Assembly: GCA_963847625.1 (NCBI GenBank)
Contig: CAWKAR010000034.1
Coordinates: 1 to 64,000 of the forward strand
Reading direction: 5' to 3'
DNA: 64,000 nucleotides
Origin: a candidate division FCPU426 bacterium
Lineage (GTDB): Bacteria; Oederibacteriota; Muellerivitia; Muellerivitales; Muellerivitaceae
The notes under the pieces were generated by a model, which saw only the letters and a list, made by a program, of their open reading frames with translations, had not been told where the DNA came from and did not search any database. Both the position numbers and the translations under genes were made by a program. Shown piece after piece: positions 1 to 11,198 of this stretch. Numbering within the stretch: the first letter of the stretch is position 1; the number at the start of each line of letters is the position of its first letter.

Positions 1-3000
1 GCCGATGTCCCGGGATTATTCACACTGAATTGCAGCACTGACACGTTTTGTGCCCCGGGGATCTGCGTCGTATCCGCCGGCACCCCTGCCACCGTCGCCA
101 CACTCAGCACATATGGCGTCGAAGTCGGCGTATTTGTCGCTGTGTCCGTCGGGGTATTGGTGGAGGTATAGGTCGGCGTGTTTGTGGGCGTGGATGTCGT
201 AGTAGGGGTGTTCGTGGGTGTGGGCGTCGGCGTTAAGGTCGGATTTGCCACGGTGATCGTCGCCCCGTTCACCTGCGACCCCAACACCAACAAAGTTCTT
301 TTAGAAGCCAATCCTCTTCCGTTTATGCCGGCATCCGTTATAAACGTTGTATAGGTGCCCGTTGAAGCAGAAGTGGAAAAATCATAAGTCACTAGATAAT
401 TCTGGGATGTGAAACTAGCGAGGTTATCCAATGGGTACCCGCTTAAGGTTACCGCATGATTCGTGTAGACCGAAATAGCCAATAATATCGACTGCCCATC
501 CACCACTCCAGCCCCGCTCACGTCCTTCCAAAGTTTCACCGCTGCTATGCCGCTGTCATTTCCCGTCTCCGTGGTAGGGGAATTGAAAACAAAATAGCTG
601 AATGTTATTCCCTCCCCACTGAAATTGGCCAAATTAATCTGAAGCACAGGTACATTGGTGGCGCCCGGAATTTGGGTGGAGTCAAATGGATTATTGGTTC
701 CAGTCGCAATATACACGGTCGGTTGGAGCGGCGTGTTCGTCGGTGTGTTCGTTGGCGTATTCGTTGGAGTGTTGGTCAAGGTAGGCGTGTCGGTGGGTGT
801 ATTCGTCGGCGTGTTTGTCGGCGTGTCCGTGGGGGTATTGGTCGGCGTATTTGTAGGTGTGTCTGTCGCAGTATTAGTAGGTGTATTCGTCGCCGTTGGC
901 GCCACTACCGTATGGGTGTTCCCGTTGATCGGACCCCCAAAAATCAGGGCCGGTGTCTGGGTATCCGCCCCAGCCGCCAAAATTGAGGAAGCGCTGACCG
1001 TATTGTAAAAGTTCTCACCCCCGGCCGCGTTCAGGCTAAACACCAGCAATAGGGTTTGCGGTGCACCCGGACTTACTATTAAATTCGTTATGCCCCCGAA
1101 AGTGACCCCTCCACCCGAAAAACTTGCTGTCGCAATCGGTGTCGGACTAGAAGTGGGAACATAAAGCCCATTGGCCCCAGGATCATCCGCCGCCGTGTCC
1201 GGGTACAATTGAACGCTTCCGGCCACCACCTCCCCGCTCCCAAGTGTCCCCCCCAAGCCAAAGGCAATCTGACCCACCGACACCGGCTCCTGCCCATACG
1301 CCTTTAGCACCACCTGGATGCCCGTCACATTCGCCTGGTCGAATAGATAGGTCTGCGATGACGGTTCGTTATTCCACGAAAGAATCAGCCGGGGTTGTGG
1401 TGTAGATGTCGCCGTCGCTGTGCTCGTCGGCGTGGGCGTGTCAGTCGTCGTGCCAGTGAGCGTCGGAGTGAGTGTGTCCGTGGGTGTGTCGGTGACCGTT
1501 GGTGTATTGGTGATTGTTGGGGTATAGGTGGGCGTATTCGTTGGAGTGTTCGTCGGGGTCGGCGTGTCGGTGGGCGATGGTGTGGGCGTTTTCGTTGGAA
1601 TGTCGGCGGACCCCATGTACAAAAAGGCTTGGCCGGGTTCAGTGCTATAACCACTCGCCCCAATCAACACATCCCCATACCCGTCCCTGTTTACGTCGCC
1701 CGCCGACGCCACGGAATCGCCAAAGTAATGATTCGTACCATCGCCCACCGCGGTCCACGCCGCAGTCACCCCCAGCCCCGTAGGCGACCCCAGGTACACA
1801 TAAGCTTTGCCGATATTACCGCCGTAACCATCCGCTCCAATCACCACATCCCCATACCCATCCTTGTTTACGTCACCCGCCGACGCCACAGAATAGCCGA
1901 GATCATCATCCTCGTTCTCGCCCGTCACACTCCAAGCCACGCTAGTCCCAAGCCCTCCGGCGGAGCCCAAATACAAATAGGCTTTGCCAGTATCATTACT
2001 ATAAAAATCCGCTCCCACTACCACATCCCCATATCCGTCCCCGTTTACATCACCCGCCGATGCTACGCAAATTCCAAAGTAATCCTTCTCATACTCGCCC
2101 GTCGCGATCCAAGCCGCAATCGTCCCCAGCCCCGTTGGCGACCCCAGGTACACATAGGCTCTCCCGGTATAATTGCTATAACCAAACGCTCCAATCACCA
2201 CATCACCATACTTGTCCCCGTTAACATCACCCGCCGACGCCACGCAAAGTCCAAAGTTATCATTTGGGCTCTCGCCCGTAGCGCTCCAAGCCGCGGTTGT
2301 TCCCAGCCCCCCTGAAGACCCCAGGTACAAATAGGCTCCGCCGGGTTCAGTGTTGTAACCACTCGCCCCAATCAACACATCCCCATACCCGTCCTTGTTC
2401 ACATCACCCGCCGATGCTACGGAATCGCCAAACCAATGATTCGTTCCATCGCCCATCATCGTCCAGACTGGAATTGCGCTTAATCCCGTTGCTGAACCAC
2501 TATAAACATAGGCTTTGCCGATATTAGTGCTGTATCCATAAGCTCCCACCACCACATCCCCATACCCGTCTTTGTTTACATCACCTGCCGACGCCACGGA
2601 ATAGCCAAAGGCATCATTCGGGTTCTCGCCCGTCACGGTCCAAACAGCAGTCGTGCCCAGCCCCGTTGGCGACCCAAGGTACAAATAGGCCTTACCGGCA
2701 CCACTCGCATAATTAAACGCTCCCACTACCACATCCCCAAACCCGTCCCCGTTTACGTCGCCCGCCGACGCCACGGAAAGTCCAAAGTTATCATTTGGGT
2801 TTTCGCCCGTCGCGATCCAGGAAGGTGTGGTTATCAACGGATCAACGTCCACAGGATATTGAGCCTCTTGATCGTTCCATGCCAATACGATATGCCGGTC
2901 TTCCAACTTGATCCAAGATTTCAGCACCTTGCCCTTTGCATCCGTTACCCTGAGCCCGCCGTAACGAATCACCTCTTGACCGGATAAGTCCTTAAGCGAC

Positions 3001-3671
3001 AGCACCTTTCCATCGGCGGTCAATTCCAGTTTCAACCCCTGCACTTCACAGCTTTCAATGCGCGCTTCATTCCCCGCGCCTTGGGGCCGCGAAGAAACCG
3101 TGAACCCCTGGTCCAAACCGTCCGACCGGTTCTCGTACCATTCCACCAGCCTCTCGTGTTTGAGGATCGTTCGCTTTCCTTGCACCTTTAATGCGGTTTG
3201 CCCCACGGTTTTCATTTGGCCGAAGCGGCCGTAAGACGCCGTTTTCCATTCGAAGCTCCATGCCTCGCGGACAAACGGCGTCGGGGCCGGCAAGGTCGCT
3301 GGCGCCAAGCCGTGTTTTCCCATGGTCTTTTTTGGATCGAGCGCTTTTCGCTCCTCCAAACGGGCTGAAATCAACTTGATCCCGCCTTGTCCCACCTGTG
3401 CGCTCAAGTTTTGGCCGCGATTAAAGAGTTGGATGCTGTCCTTGCCCGGTTGGGGGATGTATTCGTCCGCCTTGATTTGAATGACCACCTTGGACAGCCA
3501 ATTCTCGTTGGCTCCCGCCTTGCGGGCCTTTTCATCGATTGTATTGGCCTTGGTTTTGGTTTTTGGGGAAAAGGAAGCGGAGTGATGGGAGAAAAAACAG
3601 GCAAGAGAGGCGCAAAACGCCGCCGTCAATATGACAATTCCGATTCGGAACCGCGAAAATCTCATAACCAT
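1..3671 (-). CDS. Large secreted protein, running off the left edge: signal peptide, N-terminal domain, 7 FG-GAP/integrin-alpha repeats, Thr/Pro linkers and repeated Ig-like modules
   Basis: Absent from the ORF track because it has no stop in the window. Manual translation gives one open frame from ATG 3671 ([33 protein letters not shown]) through [29 protein letters not shown] and YPVDVDPL. Seven [18 protein letters not shown]......G.AY.Y.GS units follow at about 1610-2830, then TPT linkers. The same frame is open at positions 1-120. Confidence 0.85.
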   Translation of the reverse strand, partial: MVMRFSRFRIGIVILTAAFCASLACFFSHHSASFSPKTKTKANTIDEKARKAGANENWLSKVVIQIKADEYIPQPGKDSIQLFNRGQNLSAQVGQGGIKLISARLEERKALDPKKTMGKHGLAPATLPAPTPFVREAWSFEWKTASYGRFGQMKTVGQTALKVQGKRTILKHERLVEWYENRSDGLDQGFTVSSRPQGAGNEARIESCEVQGLKLELTADGKVLSLKDLSGQEVIRYGGLRVTDAKGKVLKSWIKLEDRHIVLAWNDQEAQYPVDVDPLITTPSWIATGENPNDNFGLSVASAGDVNGDGFGDVVVGAFNYASGAGKAYLYLGSPTGLGTTAVWTVTGENPNDAFGYSVASAGDVNKDGYGDVVVGAYGYSTNIGKAYVYSGSATGLSAIPVWTMMGDGTNHWFGDSVASAGDVNKDGYGDVLIGASGYNTEPGGAYLYLGSSGGLGTTAAWSATGESPNDNFGLCVASAGDVNGDKYGDVVIGAFGYSNYTGRAYVYLGSPTGLGTIAAWIATGEYEKDYFGICVASAGDVNGDGYGDVVVGADFYSNDTGKAYLYLGSAGGLGTSVAWSVTGENEDDDLGYSVASAGDVNKDGYGDVVIGADGYGGNIGKAYVYLGSPTGLGVTAAWTAVGDGTNHYFGDSVASAGDVNRDGYGDVLIGASGYSTEPGQAFLYMGSADIPTKTPTPSPTDTPTPTNTPTNTPTYTPTITNTPTVTDTPTDTLTPTLTGTTTDTPTPTSTATATSTPQPRLILSWNNEPSSQTYLFDQANVTGIQVVLKAYGQEPVSVGQIAFGLGGTLGSGEVVAGSVQLYPDTAADDPGANGLYVPTSSPTPIATASFSGGGVTFGGITNLIVSPGAPQTLLLVFSLNAAGGENFYNTVSASSILAAGADTQTPALIFGGPINGNTHTVVAPTATNTPTNTATDTPTNTPTNTPTDTPTNTPTNTPTDTPTLTNTPTNTPTNTPTNTPLQPTVYIATGTNNPFDSTQIPGATNVPVLQINLANFSGEGITFSYFVFNSPTTETGNDSGIAAVKLWKDVSGAGVVDGQSILLAISVYTNHAVTLSGYPLDNLASFTSQNYLVTYDFSTSASTGTYTTFITDAGINGRGLASKRTLLVLGSQVNGATITVANPTLTPTPTPTNTPTTTSTPTNTPTYTSTNTPTDTATNTPTSTPYVLSVATVAGVPADTTQIPGAQNVSVLQFSVNNPGTS

Positions 3672-4022
3672 TTGTCTCCCATTGCATAAAGCCGGGAAGC
3701 CTTGGGTTTGTTTCCCGTACGGAGCAAATGGTATTCATGGTTTGGCAGGTCGTTTGGCTTGGAAAACTCGGGATAAAATCGCAAGAAAGAAATTGATGAA
3801 AATAAAAATATTGTATTTTTCAAGTGCTAAAACCTCTTTGGGATAATAACGTGGGACAATTTTAAGTTATATCAGGTTAAGGTGTTTCTCAGTTTCAGCA
3901 TTGTTTTAACGGTTTTTCACCTAGAAATAAAGGTTTTTACGACGATAAAAAACCATTCAAGAGAGAAAAAACAAGGAAAAAGGGTCTTTTTAGGGTGGAT
4001 GAACTTGTTCTCTTTCACAAGT

Positions 4023-4835
4023 TTAGGTCGCGGTTTTTCCAAGGTTAAACTTGTCCGTCAATTCTTTCATATCTTCCCAAACGTCTTTTTTGTAGCCGTC
4101 ATACCTCAGGAGAGCCGCTGGATGATAGGTCACCCGCAAGGGAATCCCATTTAAATCATGCCATTTGTTGCGAAGTTTCCCCACGGAATCCTTGGTCCTC
4201 AGCAAAGCCTGGGCGGCGGTGGCTCCCAGAGCCATGATGAATTTGGGATGGATGATTCGAATCTGTTCCTCCAAATGTGGACGGCACTGATCCACTTCCT
4301 CCGGCAAAGGGGTACGGTTCCCGGGCGGTCGGCATTTCAATACGTTGCAAATGAACACTTCGGACCGTTTCCAAGTTTTAGTGGATTCGACGATTTTTGT
4401 TAAAAGCCGCCCTGCCGCGCCGACAAAAGGCAGGCCTTGGGCATCTTCATCCGCCCCGGGTCCTTCCCCCACAAACATCACCTCCGCTTGGGGGTTGCCG
4501 CTGCCAAAAACGAAATTCCTGCGGGTTTTCCTCAGGGGACATTTTTGGCATCCACAAATATCCTTGTCAAACGCCATCAGTTCCATCGCTGAAATGCTTT
4601 CATGGGAGGTGGTCAGCCATTTTGGGTAGGCGGGATGATAGTTTCCCGGGTCTTTAGGGATAACGGCCGGTGGTTGTAAATTTTTCTTTCCGGCCTCTTT
4701 TTGAACCGGCTTCTTGGAAGGCGCCGGGCCTTCAAATTTCAAAAAATCAGGTGGCAGATAACGGATTCCAAGCCTTTCGCAGAGTTCCAGGTATGATTTC
4801 AATGGGATGGGGGACTTAGGCAAGTCATTCTCCAT
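4023..4835 (-). CDS. udg: Family-4 uracil-DNA glycosylase (4Fe-4S type)
   Basis: [36 protein letters not shown] and TYHPAALLR motifs; start overlaps the upstream stop (TAATG). Confidence 0.93.
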   Translation of the reverse strand: MENDLPKSPIPLKSYLELCERLGIRYLPPDFLKFEGPAPSKKPVQKEAGKKNLQPPAVIPKDPGNYHPAYPKWLTTSHESISAMELMAFDKDICGCQKCPLRKTRRNFVFGSGNPQAEVMFVGEGPGADEDAQGLPFVGAAGRLLTKIVESTKTWKRSEVFICNVLKCRPPGNRTPLPEEVDQCRPHLEEQIRIIHPKFIMALGATAAQALLRTKDSVGKLRNKWHDLNGIPLRVTYHPAALLRYDGYKKDVWEDMKELTDKFNLGKTAT

Positions 4836-5854
4836 TAAAGGAATTTACCGGTTAAAGCGATTTGGTGCAAGAGGGAACCCGTCATGATCCTATCTTCCAA
4901 AACCGTGTAGTCGAATTCAATCAAATCGCCCTGGGTTGGAATCAGGATACCGATACCGCCGCTTGGTATAAAAGATGGCCCGTTTCCAGAACCCCCGCCA
5001 GTCAGGTCGCCCATCCAGCCTCCGGCCCGAAGCGCCAGTTCGTCCATAGGGCGCCATTCCAGGCCCAAATGGGGGCGGAATCCCAAATCTTGGCTCCACT
5101 CCAAGTCAAAATTCCCCTTAACGCTGGACTTTTCCTCCCGATGGGCGATTCCCAGCCGGAAGGCGGGCGGGAAAATTTCCGTGTGGGAATCCGAATAAGT
5201 AAAGGTGGAATACAAATCCCGGGCCATGAGGCCCAAGGTTGTCCAGTTGGTGAGTCGGTATTGAAAGCCGATGTCCTCCCCGAAGCCATAGCCCTGTGAT
5301 TGACCCAAACTGTCGATGAAAAGTTTGATATTTCCCCCCACCGACCACCTCGGGCTCATCTTGGTTGCGACGGAAGCCAGAAAAGCCAGTTCGTTGTCCC
5401 CGAAGAGGCTGTCGGGGCTGAGGGATGGGCCTTGCCGCGCTTCCAAGTCGTACCCGGCGCTGTAATAAACGCAAGTCAACCCATAGTAAAGTATGTCGAG
5501 GAAGGCGTTTGAAAAAGCCAAATAGTTCAACTGTTGATTCAACGGAAGGAGCGTGTATTGGTCTTCCACTTGGAAGCTGTGCAATCCCGTCAAGCCGGCT
5601 GGGTTCCAATAACCGCAGGCCACGTCATTGCGGGTTCCCACCGCCGCGCCGCCCATGGCTTCCTGCGGGCCCCCGACGCCCAGCTCCAGGTAAGGCGCGG
5701 GCCTCTCCCCCCCCTGCTGGGCCTGGGCGGGATAAAAGGTCGACCCCAGGAATATAAAAGCGAGGAGAAATACAAATGTCAGGATCGGCTTCGGCGCGGA
5801 ATCATTGGGTTTTTCATTGACCCTAAGTTTTCTGGATGGAGGTATGGATATCAC
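4835..5854 (-). CDS. PorV/PorQ-like (FadL-superfamily) outer-membrane beta-barrel protein
   Basis: Signal peptide, then YLELGVGGPQEAMGGAAVG..ND....YWNPAGL (the PorV/UPF0164-type N-terminal motif), amphipathic beta strands and a C-terminal LTGKFL. Confidence 0.75.
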   Translation of the reverse strand: MISIPPSRKLRVNEKPNDSAPKPILTFVFLLAFIFLGSTFYPAQAQQGGERPAPYLELGVGGPQEAMGGAAVGTRNDVACGYWNPAGLTGLHSFQVEDQYTLLPLNQQLNYLAFSNAFLDILYYGLTCVYYSAGYDLEARQGPSLSPDSLFGDNELAFLASVATKMSPRWSVGGNIKLFIDSLGQSQGYGFGEDIGFQYRLTNWTTLGLMARDLYSTFTYSDSHTEIFPPAFRLGIAHREEKSSVKGNFDLEWSQDLGFRPHLGLEWRPMDELALRAGGWMGDLTGGGSGNGPSFIPSGGIGILIPTQGDLIEFDYTVLEDRIMTGSLLHQIALTGKFL

Positions 5855-7701
5855 TTCTTTCCCCGGATCAAGGCGATCTTGTTGTGGCCGGTTTGTCCCC
5901 CTGTTTTGACAAAATAAAAATAAACCCCGGTCTTAACTGGCTGGCCATTTCCGTTTTTACCGTCCCAAGAGATGAAATAGGACTTGAATTGGGGATTGGA
6001 GGGGTTGCTGGTCTCTTCCGAAGCCTCGAAGTTCTTTTGGAGGACCAACTCCCCGCTCGTGTCGTAAATGCTCAATTCCACCGGTTGGGGCTGATTGATA
6101 GCGAGAGTAATGTCAGTGGAGCCGGTCAAGTCCGCGTAAAAAGGATTCGGGCTGTTGAAAGTCTTGACGTAGTGCGTGATTTGCCCGCCTCCGCCGGGGG
6201 TGGGGGCATTGAGAAGGGCATTATAGACGTTCAATCGGCCATACCCCGTTTTCGAGTCCCAGCCGGTATTCCCGTTCAAGCTGTCGGTATTGTTGATGAT
6301 GGCTTGGGCCACCTGGATGTTGGTCAGTGCTGGATTCATGGAAAGAATGAGCGCGGCCGCGCCTGATACGAAAGGTGCCGCGGCTGAAGTCCCAGCAGCC
6401 ACGCAGAAATAAGGGTCCGTTACCCCGGCGCTCGCTGAAAGGAGAGGCTCAAAACCGCATTCGGTCACCGCCGTGAAGGATATGGGACATAAGATGGAAC
6501 TGAAAATTTTGGAGGATGAATCGGCGATCGTGTCGTTGGAGAAAGGAGTGCCTAACCCTCCCGGCGCGACCAAATCCAAACCCTCCCCGCCATTGGAATA
6601 AGAAGCCACCTCGTCGTTAGGCCCGGTCGCCCCGACCGCGATGACACCGGGATACCCGGCGGGATAATTCAAGGATGCCTGTTGTTTGGGAAGATTGGAA
6701 TCGTTTCCGGAGGAGGCTACGACGACACAGCCTTGGGCGAGGGCTTCGTTCACCGCTTCCCGCTCCACATCGTCTGAATTGCCTCCCCCTAAGGAGAAGT
6801 TCAAAACCTTGGCTCCATGGGCGACGGCGAACCGGATGCCTTTCGCGATGCTTAGGCTCGAACCGCCGCCGGTGCAATCCAAAACCTTAACCGCCATCAA
6901 AACACATCCCGGGACCATTCCCGCAATTCCCGTCGTCATCACGCCCGTGTAATTGAGCGGCACGCCGTTAATATCGCAAGCGTTAAAATTCCCCGAATAA
7001 TAGGTGGTTTGGGCCTCGGGGTTTGAAATCCCCCAGCTCGCCCCGATAATTCCGGCTACGTAAGTTCCATGGCCGAAATCATCCATGCTGGCCGTGACCG
7101 GTCCGGATAGGTCATCGGTGACCGACCCGCTATATCCGGTGCAGGACTGGTCAAAATCCCCGGCATCAAAAACCGCGTTATAACCGATTAAAGGAACCTG
7201 TTGAAGATCCGGGTGGTTGCGGGAAATTCCCGTATCCAACACTGCCACAGTGACTCCGCTCCCCGGTGGGCACAAATTCCACTGTAATGCAGTAACAGCC
7301 TTATCCATTTGAATCCTCAGAAAGGGCCAGCTTTCCGGAGTGGCGTAATTCTGGTCATAGGTGTCGGCCGGAAGGGTACAGGCCGCGAGGGCGTAATACC
7401 GGTAATTGGGTTGGGCGTATCGGACCGAGGAATTGTTCCGGAGAAGTTGAATCGCCTGCTCGGAATTCATATTTCCGGCAAGTTTGATCTTAATAAGGCT
7501 AGATTGTTCTTTGGCCTGGGTTTTTCCCAGGGTCCCCAGGGCTTTGGCCCGGTCCTCAGGACTTGAGTTTTCCTGGAACCGGACGAGGATTTCCCCTGGA
7601 ATATAGGATTCCCTGCCCCTGAGGCTTCGTACTTCCGGAAAAACCTGGCTGGAAAACGTCCAAGTTAAGAATACCAGCGGCAAAATTTTCTTGAAATCCA
7701 T
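5851..7701 (-). CDS. S8 (subtilisin-like) serine protease with prodomain and C-terminal FlgD-Ig/T9SS-like sorting domain
   Basis: Signal peptide; YIPGEILVRF...YAQPNY prodomain; catalytic VAVLDTG, HGTYVAG and AGTSAAAP; C-terminal SPNPF...IYDTSGELV...WDGKN...GVYFY...KIALIR. Confidence 0.92.
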   Translation of the reverse strand: MDFKKILPLVFLTWTFSSQVFPEVRSLRGRESYIPGEILVRFQENSSPEDRAKALGTLGKTQAKEQSSLIKIKLAGNMNSEQAIQLLRNNSSVRYAQPNYRYYALAACTLPADTYDQNYATPESWPFLRIQMDKAVTALQWNLCPPGSGVTVAVLDTGISRNHPDLQQVPLIGYNAVFDAGDFDQSCTGYSGSVTDDLSGPVTASMDDFGHGTYVAGIIGASWGISNPEAQTTYYSGNFNACDINGVPLNYTGVMTTGIAGMVPGCVLMAVKVLDCTGGGSSLSIAKGIRFAVAHGAKVLNFSLGGGNSDDVEREAVNEALAQGCVVVASSGNDSNLPKQQASLNYPAGYPGVIAVGATGPNDEVASYSNGGEGLDLVAPGGLGTPFSNDTIADSSSKIFSSILCPISFTAVTECGFEPLLSASAGVTDPYFCVAAGTSAAAPFVSGAAALILSMNPALTNIQVAQAIINNTDSLNGNTGWDSKTGYGRLNVYNALLNAPTPGGGGQITHYVKTFNSPNPFYADLTGSTDITLAINQPQPVELSIYDTSGELVLQKNFEASEETSNPSNPQFKSYFISWDGKNGNGQPVKTGVYFYFVKTGGQTGHNKIALIRGKK

Positions 7702-7733
7702 AAAATCCTAACCCGGCTTGTGCGGAATCCACC

Positions 7734-8990
7734 TTACTTTGAAAAAGACCCGTTAAGGAAAAGTTGGCCCACCAAATCGAGGATTTTTTCCGCCAACCGG
7801 CTTTTCAAGTCCTTCCGGAAGCGGATGGGAAAACGGGATTTTTTGCTGAAAACCAACAGTTCATTTTCATCGCTTTCAAAACCTGTTTCCTTCCAGCCCA
7901 CGAGGTTCGCCACCAGGATATCGCAAGGCTTCCTTTCCCACTTTTGATTCGCGTTTTTTTTCAGGTTTTCCGTTTCAGCCGCGAACCCGACGACGATCTG
8001 GGATTTTTTCCTCCTGCGAAGCACTTCTTCCAGGATATCGGGATTTTTCCTCAGGCTGATTGAAATTTCGTACTTTCCCTTCTTTATTTTTTTCTTCCGG
8101 GGACGGACCGCGGAGTAATCCGCGACCGCCGCCGCCATGATGACGACGTGGCTTTTGGGAAAATTTTTTAGAACTTCGTTTCTCAATTCCATGGCGGTTT
8201 TAACGGGGACCATTTTCGCGCCGGTCAGGGGGGACAAAGAGACGGGTCCGTGGACCAGGGTAACATCCGCGCCGCGGTTCAGGGCCGCTTGGGCCAGGGC
8301 ATAACCCATTTTCCCGCTGGAGCGGTTGGTGATGATCCTCACGGGGTCGAGGGCTTCCTGCGTGGGCCCAGCCGTCACCAGGATCCTCTTGCCCCGCCAG
8401 CTTCCCAAACGCTTGAAATAGCTCTCGGCCTGGAAGGCGATCTCTTTCGGTTCGGCGAATCGGCCCTCGCCTACATCCCCGCAGGCCAAGTGTCCCTGAT
8501 CCGGGCCGATGAAGCGCACGCCCCTTTCAAATAAAATTCTCCGGTTCCGGACCGTCGCCGGATGTTTCCACATGTTCACGTTCATGGCGGGGGCCACCCA
8601 TATGGGGCAGGTGGCGTAAAGACAAAGACTTGAAAGCAGGTCATCCGCCAGGCCGAGCGCCATTTTGGCGAGAAAATCTGCGGTGGCTGGGGCGATGAGG
8701 ATGAGATCCGCTTGTTTAGCGTACTCGATATGCGGGACGACCGCGAGAGGGTGGGTGCCTCCGGGCGTGCCGGCCGGTATGGGGGTGGAGCCCTTGAACA
8801 AACTTGTCCAAACCGGGCCCCCGCAAGCCTTTCGCAGTTCCTTAACGGCCACCAAACGGATGGCCGCTCGGGTCGCCGCCACGCGGACATCAGCGAATTT
8901 TTTCAGGAGGAATATCAGCTCCACGGCTTTGTAAGCCGCGATGCTTCCATTGACTCCTAGGAGAATTCTGGGTTTGAGGGTCGAAGCCAT
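7734..8990 (-). CDS. coaBC: Bifunctional phosphopantothenoylcysteine decarboxylase/synthase
   Basis: ILLGVNGSIAAYKA, PAMNVNMW, LACGDVGEGR, VTAGPTQEALDPVR.ITNRSSGKMG and VGFAAET; start trimmed to MASTLKP at 8990. Confidence 0.96.
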   Translation of the reverse strand: MASTLKPRILLGVNGSIAAYKAVELIFLLKKFADVRVAATRAAIRLVAVKELRKACGGPVWTSLFKGSTPIPAGTPGGTHPLAVVPHIEYAKQADLILIAPATADFLAKMALGLADDLLSSLCLYATCPIWVAPAMNVNMWKHPATVRNRRILFERGVRFIGPDQGHLACGDVGEGRFAEPKEIAFQAESYFKRLGSWRGKRILVTAGPTQEALDPVRIITNRSSGKMGYALAQAALNRGADVTLVHGPVSLSPLTGAKMVPVKTAMELRNEVLKNFPKSHVVIMAAAVADYSAVRPRKKKIKKGKYEISISLRKNPDILEEVLRRRKKSQIVVGFAAETENLKKNANQKWERKPCDILVANLVGWKETGFESDENELLVFSKKSRFPIRFRKDLKSRLAEKILDLVGQLFLNGSFSK

Positions 8991-9070
8991 AGATAACCGA
9001 TTGTCCGAAGGCAGTTCCCGGCGATCAAGTGAAAACTCGCAGCCGGAATCCGGAAGATGTCGGCCGCCAA

Positions 9071-9298
9071 TTATTCTTTTTCTTTTTTCTTCTTGGAGGC
9101 GATATCGAACTGGATATAAGTGACCTTGCCGCACATGTATTCATTCAAGGCTTGCAGGACGACTTTTTCCGTATCCACGGTCAGCTTGTGCTTTTCAGCG
9201 CGATCCAGCAATTGGCGGGCGCGTTTGGAGGCCGCCAAAACCGCCATGTAGCGGTTTTCCAAGGGGTCCGTGGGCATGTCTTTATTCTCTTCGCTCAT
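9071..9298 (-). CDS. rpoZ: RNA polymerase omega subunit
   Basis: NRYMAVLAASKRARQL...ALNE motif; position between gmk and coaBC; GGAGG RBS. Confidence 0.88.
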   Translation of the reverse strand: MSEENKDMPTDPLENRYMAVLAASKRARQLLDRAEKHKLTVDTEKVVLQALNEYMCGKVTYIQFDIASKKKKEKE

Positions 9299-9410
9299 TC
9301 ACACCCTCCGATTGGGAATTGGCTCTAGCAGGTTTTAGGAAACGCAGATTATACTCAAGATCCCTCGAAATCGTAACGATAAAACACACCTATTACCAGA
9401 TGATGTTAAA

Positions 9411-10049
9411 TCAGTAAAGGCGGGATTTTAACGGAATAAAAGGTATTTTAACAGATTCCGCCGTGTTACTCGGCTTCTTGGAAGCTCTTTTTCTTTTACG
9501 AGTGATAATTGCCGCCACCTTTGCGGCAGCCTTGGCCAACTGATCGTTGATCACTTGGTAATCATACCGGTTGCCTTCCCGGATCTCCCGCTTGGCGTTT
9601 TTGAGCCTTTCCTTTAAGGAGGCGGTATCTTCGGAATGCCGTCCTAAAAGCCTTTCCCTTAATACGGAAAGACTGGGGGGGCTCAGGAAAATGAGCAAGG
9701 CCTCCTGGTTTTGGAGCTTAACAGCATTCCCTCCCTGGACGTCAATAATCAGCAAAACATCCTTACCCCTGGAAAGTTGGAGCCCCACCCATCGGCGCGG
9801 AGTGCCATAGCAATGACGGTGGACCTTGGCCCATTCCAAAAAATCCCCTCGCTCAACCATCCGTTTGAAACGGGTTGGGGTGATAAAAAAATAATCCCGG
9901 CCGTTCCTCTCCCCCGCGCGGGGTTTTCGGGTGGTGCAGGAAATGGACCGGACGATGTTCCTGTCCCGTTTCATCAGCATCCGGGCGATGGTCGTTTTCC
10001 CGCCGCCCGAGGGCGAGGACAAAACGATCATTAATCCCCGATGTTTCAT
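9411..10049 (-). CDS. gmk: Guanylate kinase
   Basis: SSPSGGGKTT P-loop, SCTTRKPRAGE..GRDYFF, FLEWAKVH..YGT, IDVQG. Confidence 0.96.
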   Translation of the reverse strand: MKHRGLMIVLSSPSGGGKTTIARMLMKRDRNIVRSISCTTRKPRAGERNGRDYFFITPTRFKRMVERGDFLEWAKVHRHCYGTPRRWVGLQLSRGKDVLLIIDVQGGNAVKLQNQEALLIFLSPPSLSVLRERLLGRHSEDTASLKERLKNAKREIREGNRYDYQVINDQLAKAAAKVAAIITRKRKRASKKPSNTAESVKIPFIPLKSRLY

Positions 10050-10125
10050 GAATTTCCATCCATGGTGGGAATGTTAGAAGTTTTAAAACTCATCATTTTC
10101 AAACATGAACCCATGACTTTCATGA

Positions 10126-10998
10126 TTACTCGATGTTCTGTATTTGTTCCCGTAACTGTTCCGATAGTTCCTTCAAGCGCACGACCGCATGGGCCATCTT
10201 GGCGTCGCCCGATTTGGAGCCGATGGTATTGACCTCGCGGTTCATTTCCTGGATCAAAAAATCCAACTTTCGGCCAATACTTTCCTTCGACCTCAATGCC
10301 GCCTGGAACTCCACCAAATGGCTGTCCAAACGGGTTAATTCCTCGGAAATATCCAGGTGTTGAAGCTGGATGGCCTCTTCGGTGGAAAGACGGGCTTGGT
10401 CTTGTAGCGGCTCGGGAAGGAAACCAGTGACCTTTTCCCTGAATATTTTTATCTTTTCCGAAAGGACCGCCTTATGCTGCTGCCTGAGATGTTGGACAAG
10501 GTCGGCAAGTTCCTTGACCCGGTCCGTCATGTCTTTTCCTAGCCGCGCTCCCTCCGATTGCCGCATTTTTTCGAGCGCCTTCAGGGCTGAGCGGACCGCT
10601 TCCTGGACGGCTTTGCGTTGTTCGGTTTCCCGGCCCTCGGGTTCAGCGGTCATTAGTACTTCCGGCATTTTGATCAGGGCCTCAATGGAAAGTTCGCCTT
10701 TGAGTTTGAACTTTCGTCCGACCTGTTTGGCCAGATGGAGGTATTCGTCGACCAGATCCTCATTGATCCGGACAGTCCTTGTTTTTCCGGAGGAAAGATC
10801 CTTCAGGAATAAATCGACTTTTCCCCTGGTCACCGAGGATAGGATCATCTCCCGGACCTCGGGCTCCAGGAACTGGAAAGAAGGCGGAATCTTCATGGAA
10901 ATATCGTGGTATTTATGGTTTACCGTTTTAATCTCCGCCACCACCCGGACGGTTTTCGCCTGTCCTGTGCCCCGTCCAAAGCCCGTCATACTGCGCAT
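10126..10998 (-). CDS. yicC: YicC/YloC family endoribonuclease
   Basis: MRSMTGFG start after AGGAGG RBS; DISEELTRLDSH, GRKLDFLIQEMNREVNTIGSK, EQLREQIQNIE. Confidence 0.96.
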   Translation of the reverse strand: MRSMTGFGRGTGQAKTVRVVAEIKTVNHKYHDISMKIPPSFQFLEPEVREMILSSVTRGKVDLFLKDLSSGKTRTVRINEDLVDEYLHLAKQVGRKFKLKGELSIEALIKMPEVLMTAEPEGRETEQRKAVQEAVRSALKALEKMRQSEGARLGKDMTDRVKELADLVQHLRQQHKAVLSEKIKIFREKVTGFLPEPLQDQARLSTEEAIQLQHLDISEELTRLDSHLVEFQAALRSKESIGRKLDFLIQEMNREVNTIGSKSGDAKMAHAVVRLKELSEQLREQIQNIE

Positions 10999-11198
10999 AT
11001 CGCCTCCTGGAATTAAAGCCATCGGATGTAGAAGAATTATAGCCGCGGAATGGGAGTGATTATCATGAAAAAGGCAAAGGGATGTAATTGTTCTTACTAG
11101 ATAAATTCCTGGAAGTCCTTTCATAAAAATGCAAAGGCAATTTCCCGCGGGCAGGTAAGCTGGAAAGGACTTCGGAAATAGATTTTAGGGCCTGTTTC

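Noticed and set aside
1395..2527. + strand ORFs with repeated HHIPIPV..VTRRRH
   Set aside because: Antisense shadow of the FG-GAP repeats.
5851..6170. Flagellar hook-capping FlgD genes
   Set aside because: The FlgD-Ig-like segments are terminal domains of secreted proteins, and there are no flagellar genes in the window.
7734..11124. Longer ORF-track starts for coaBC (9134) and yicC (11124); likewise groES (24341), msrA (34851) and the radical SAM gene (41012)
   Set aside because: The extensions overlap other genes or lack homology; family-typical N-termini, mostly with an RBS, lie downstream.
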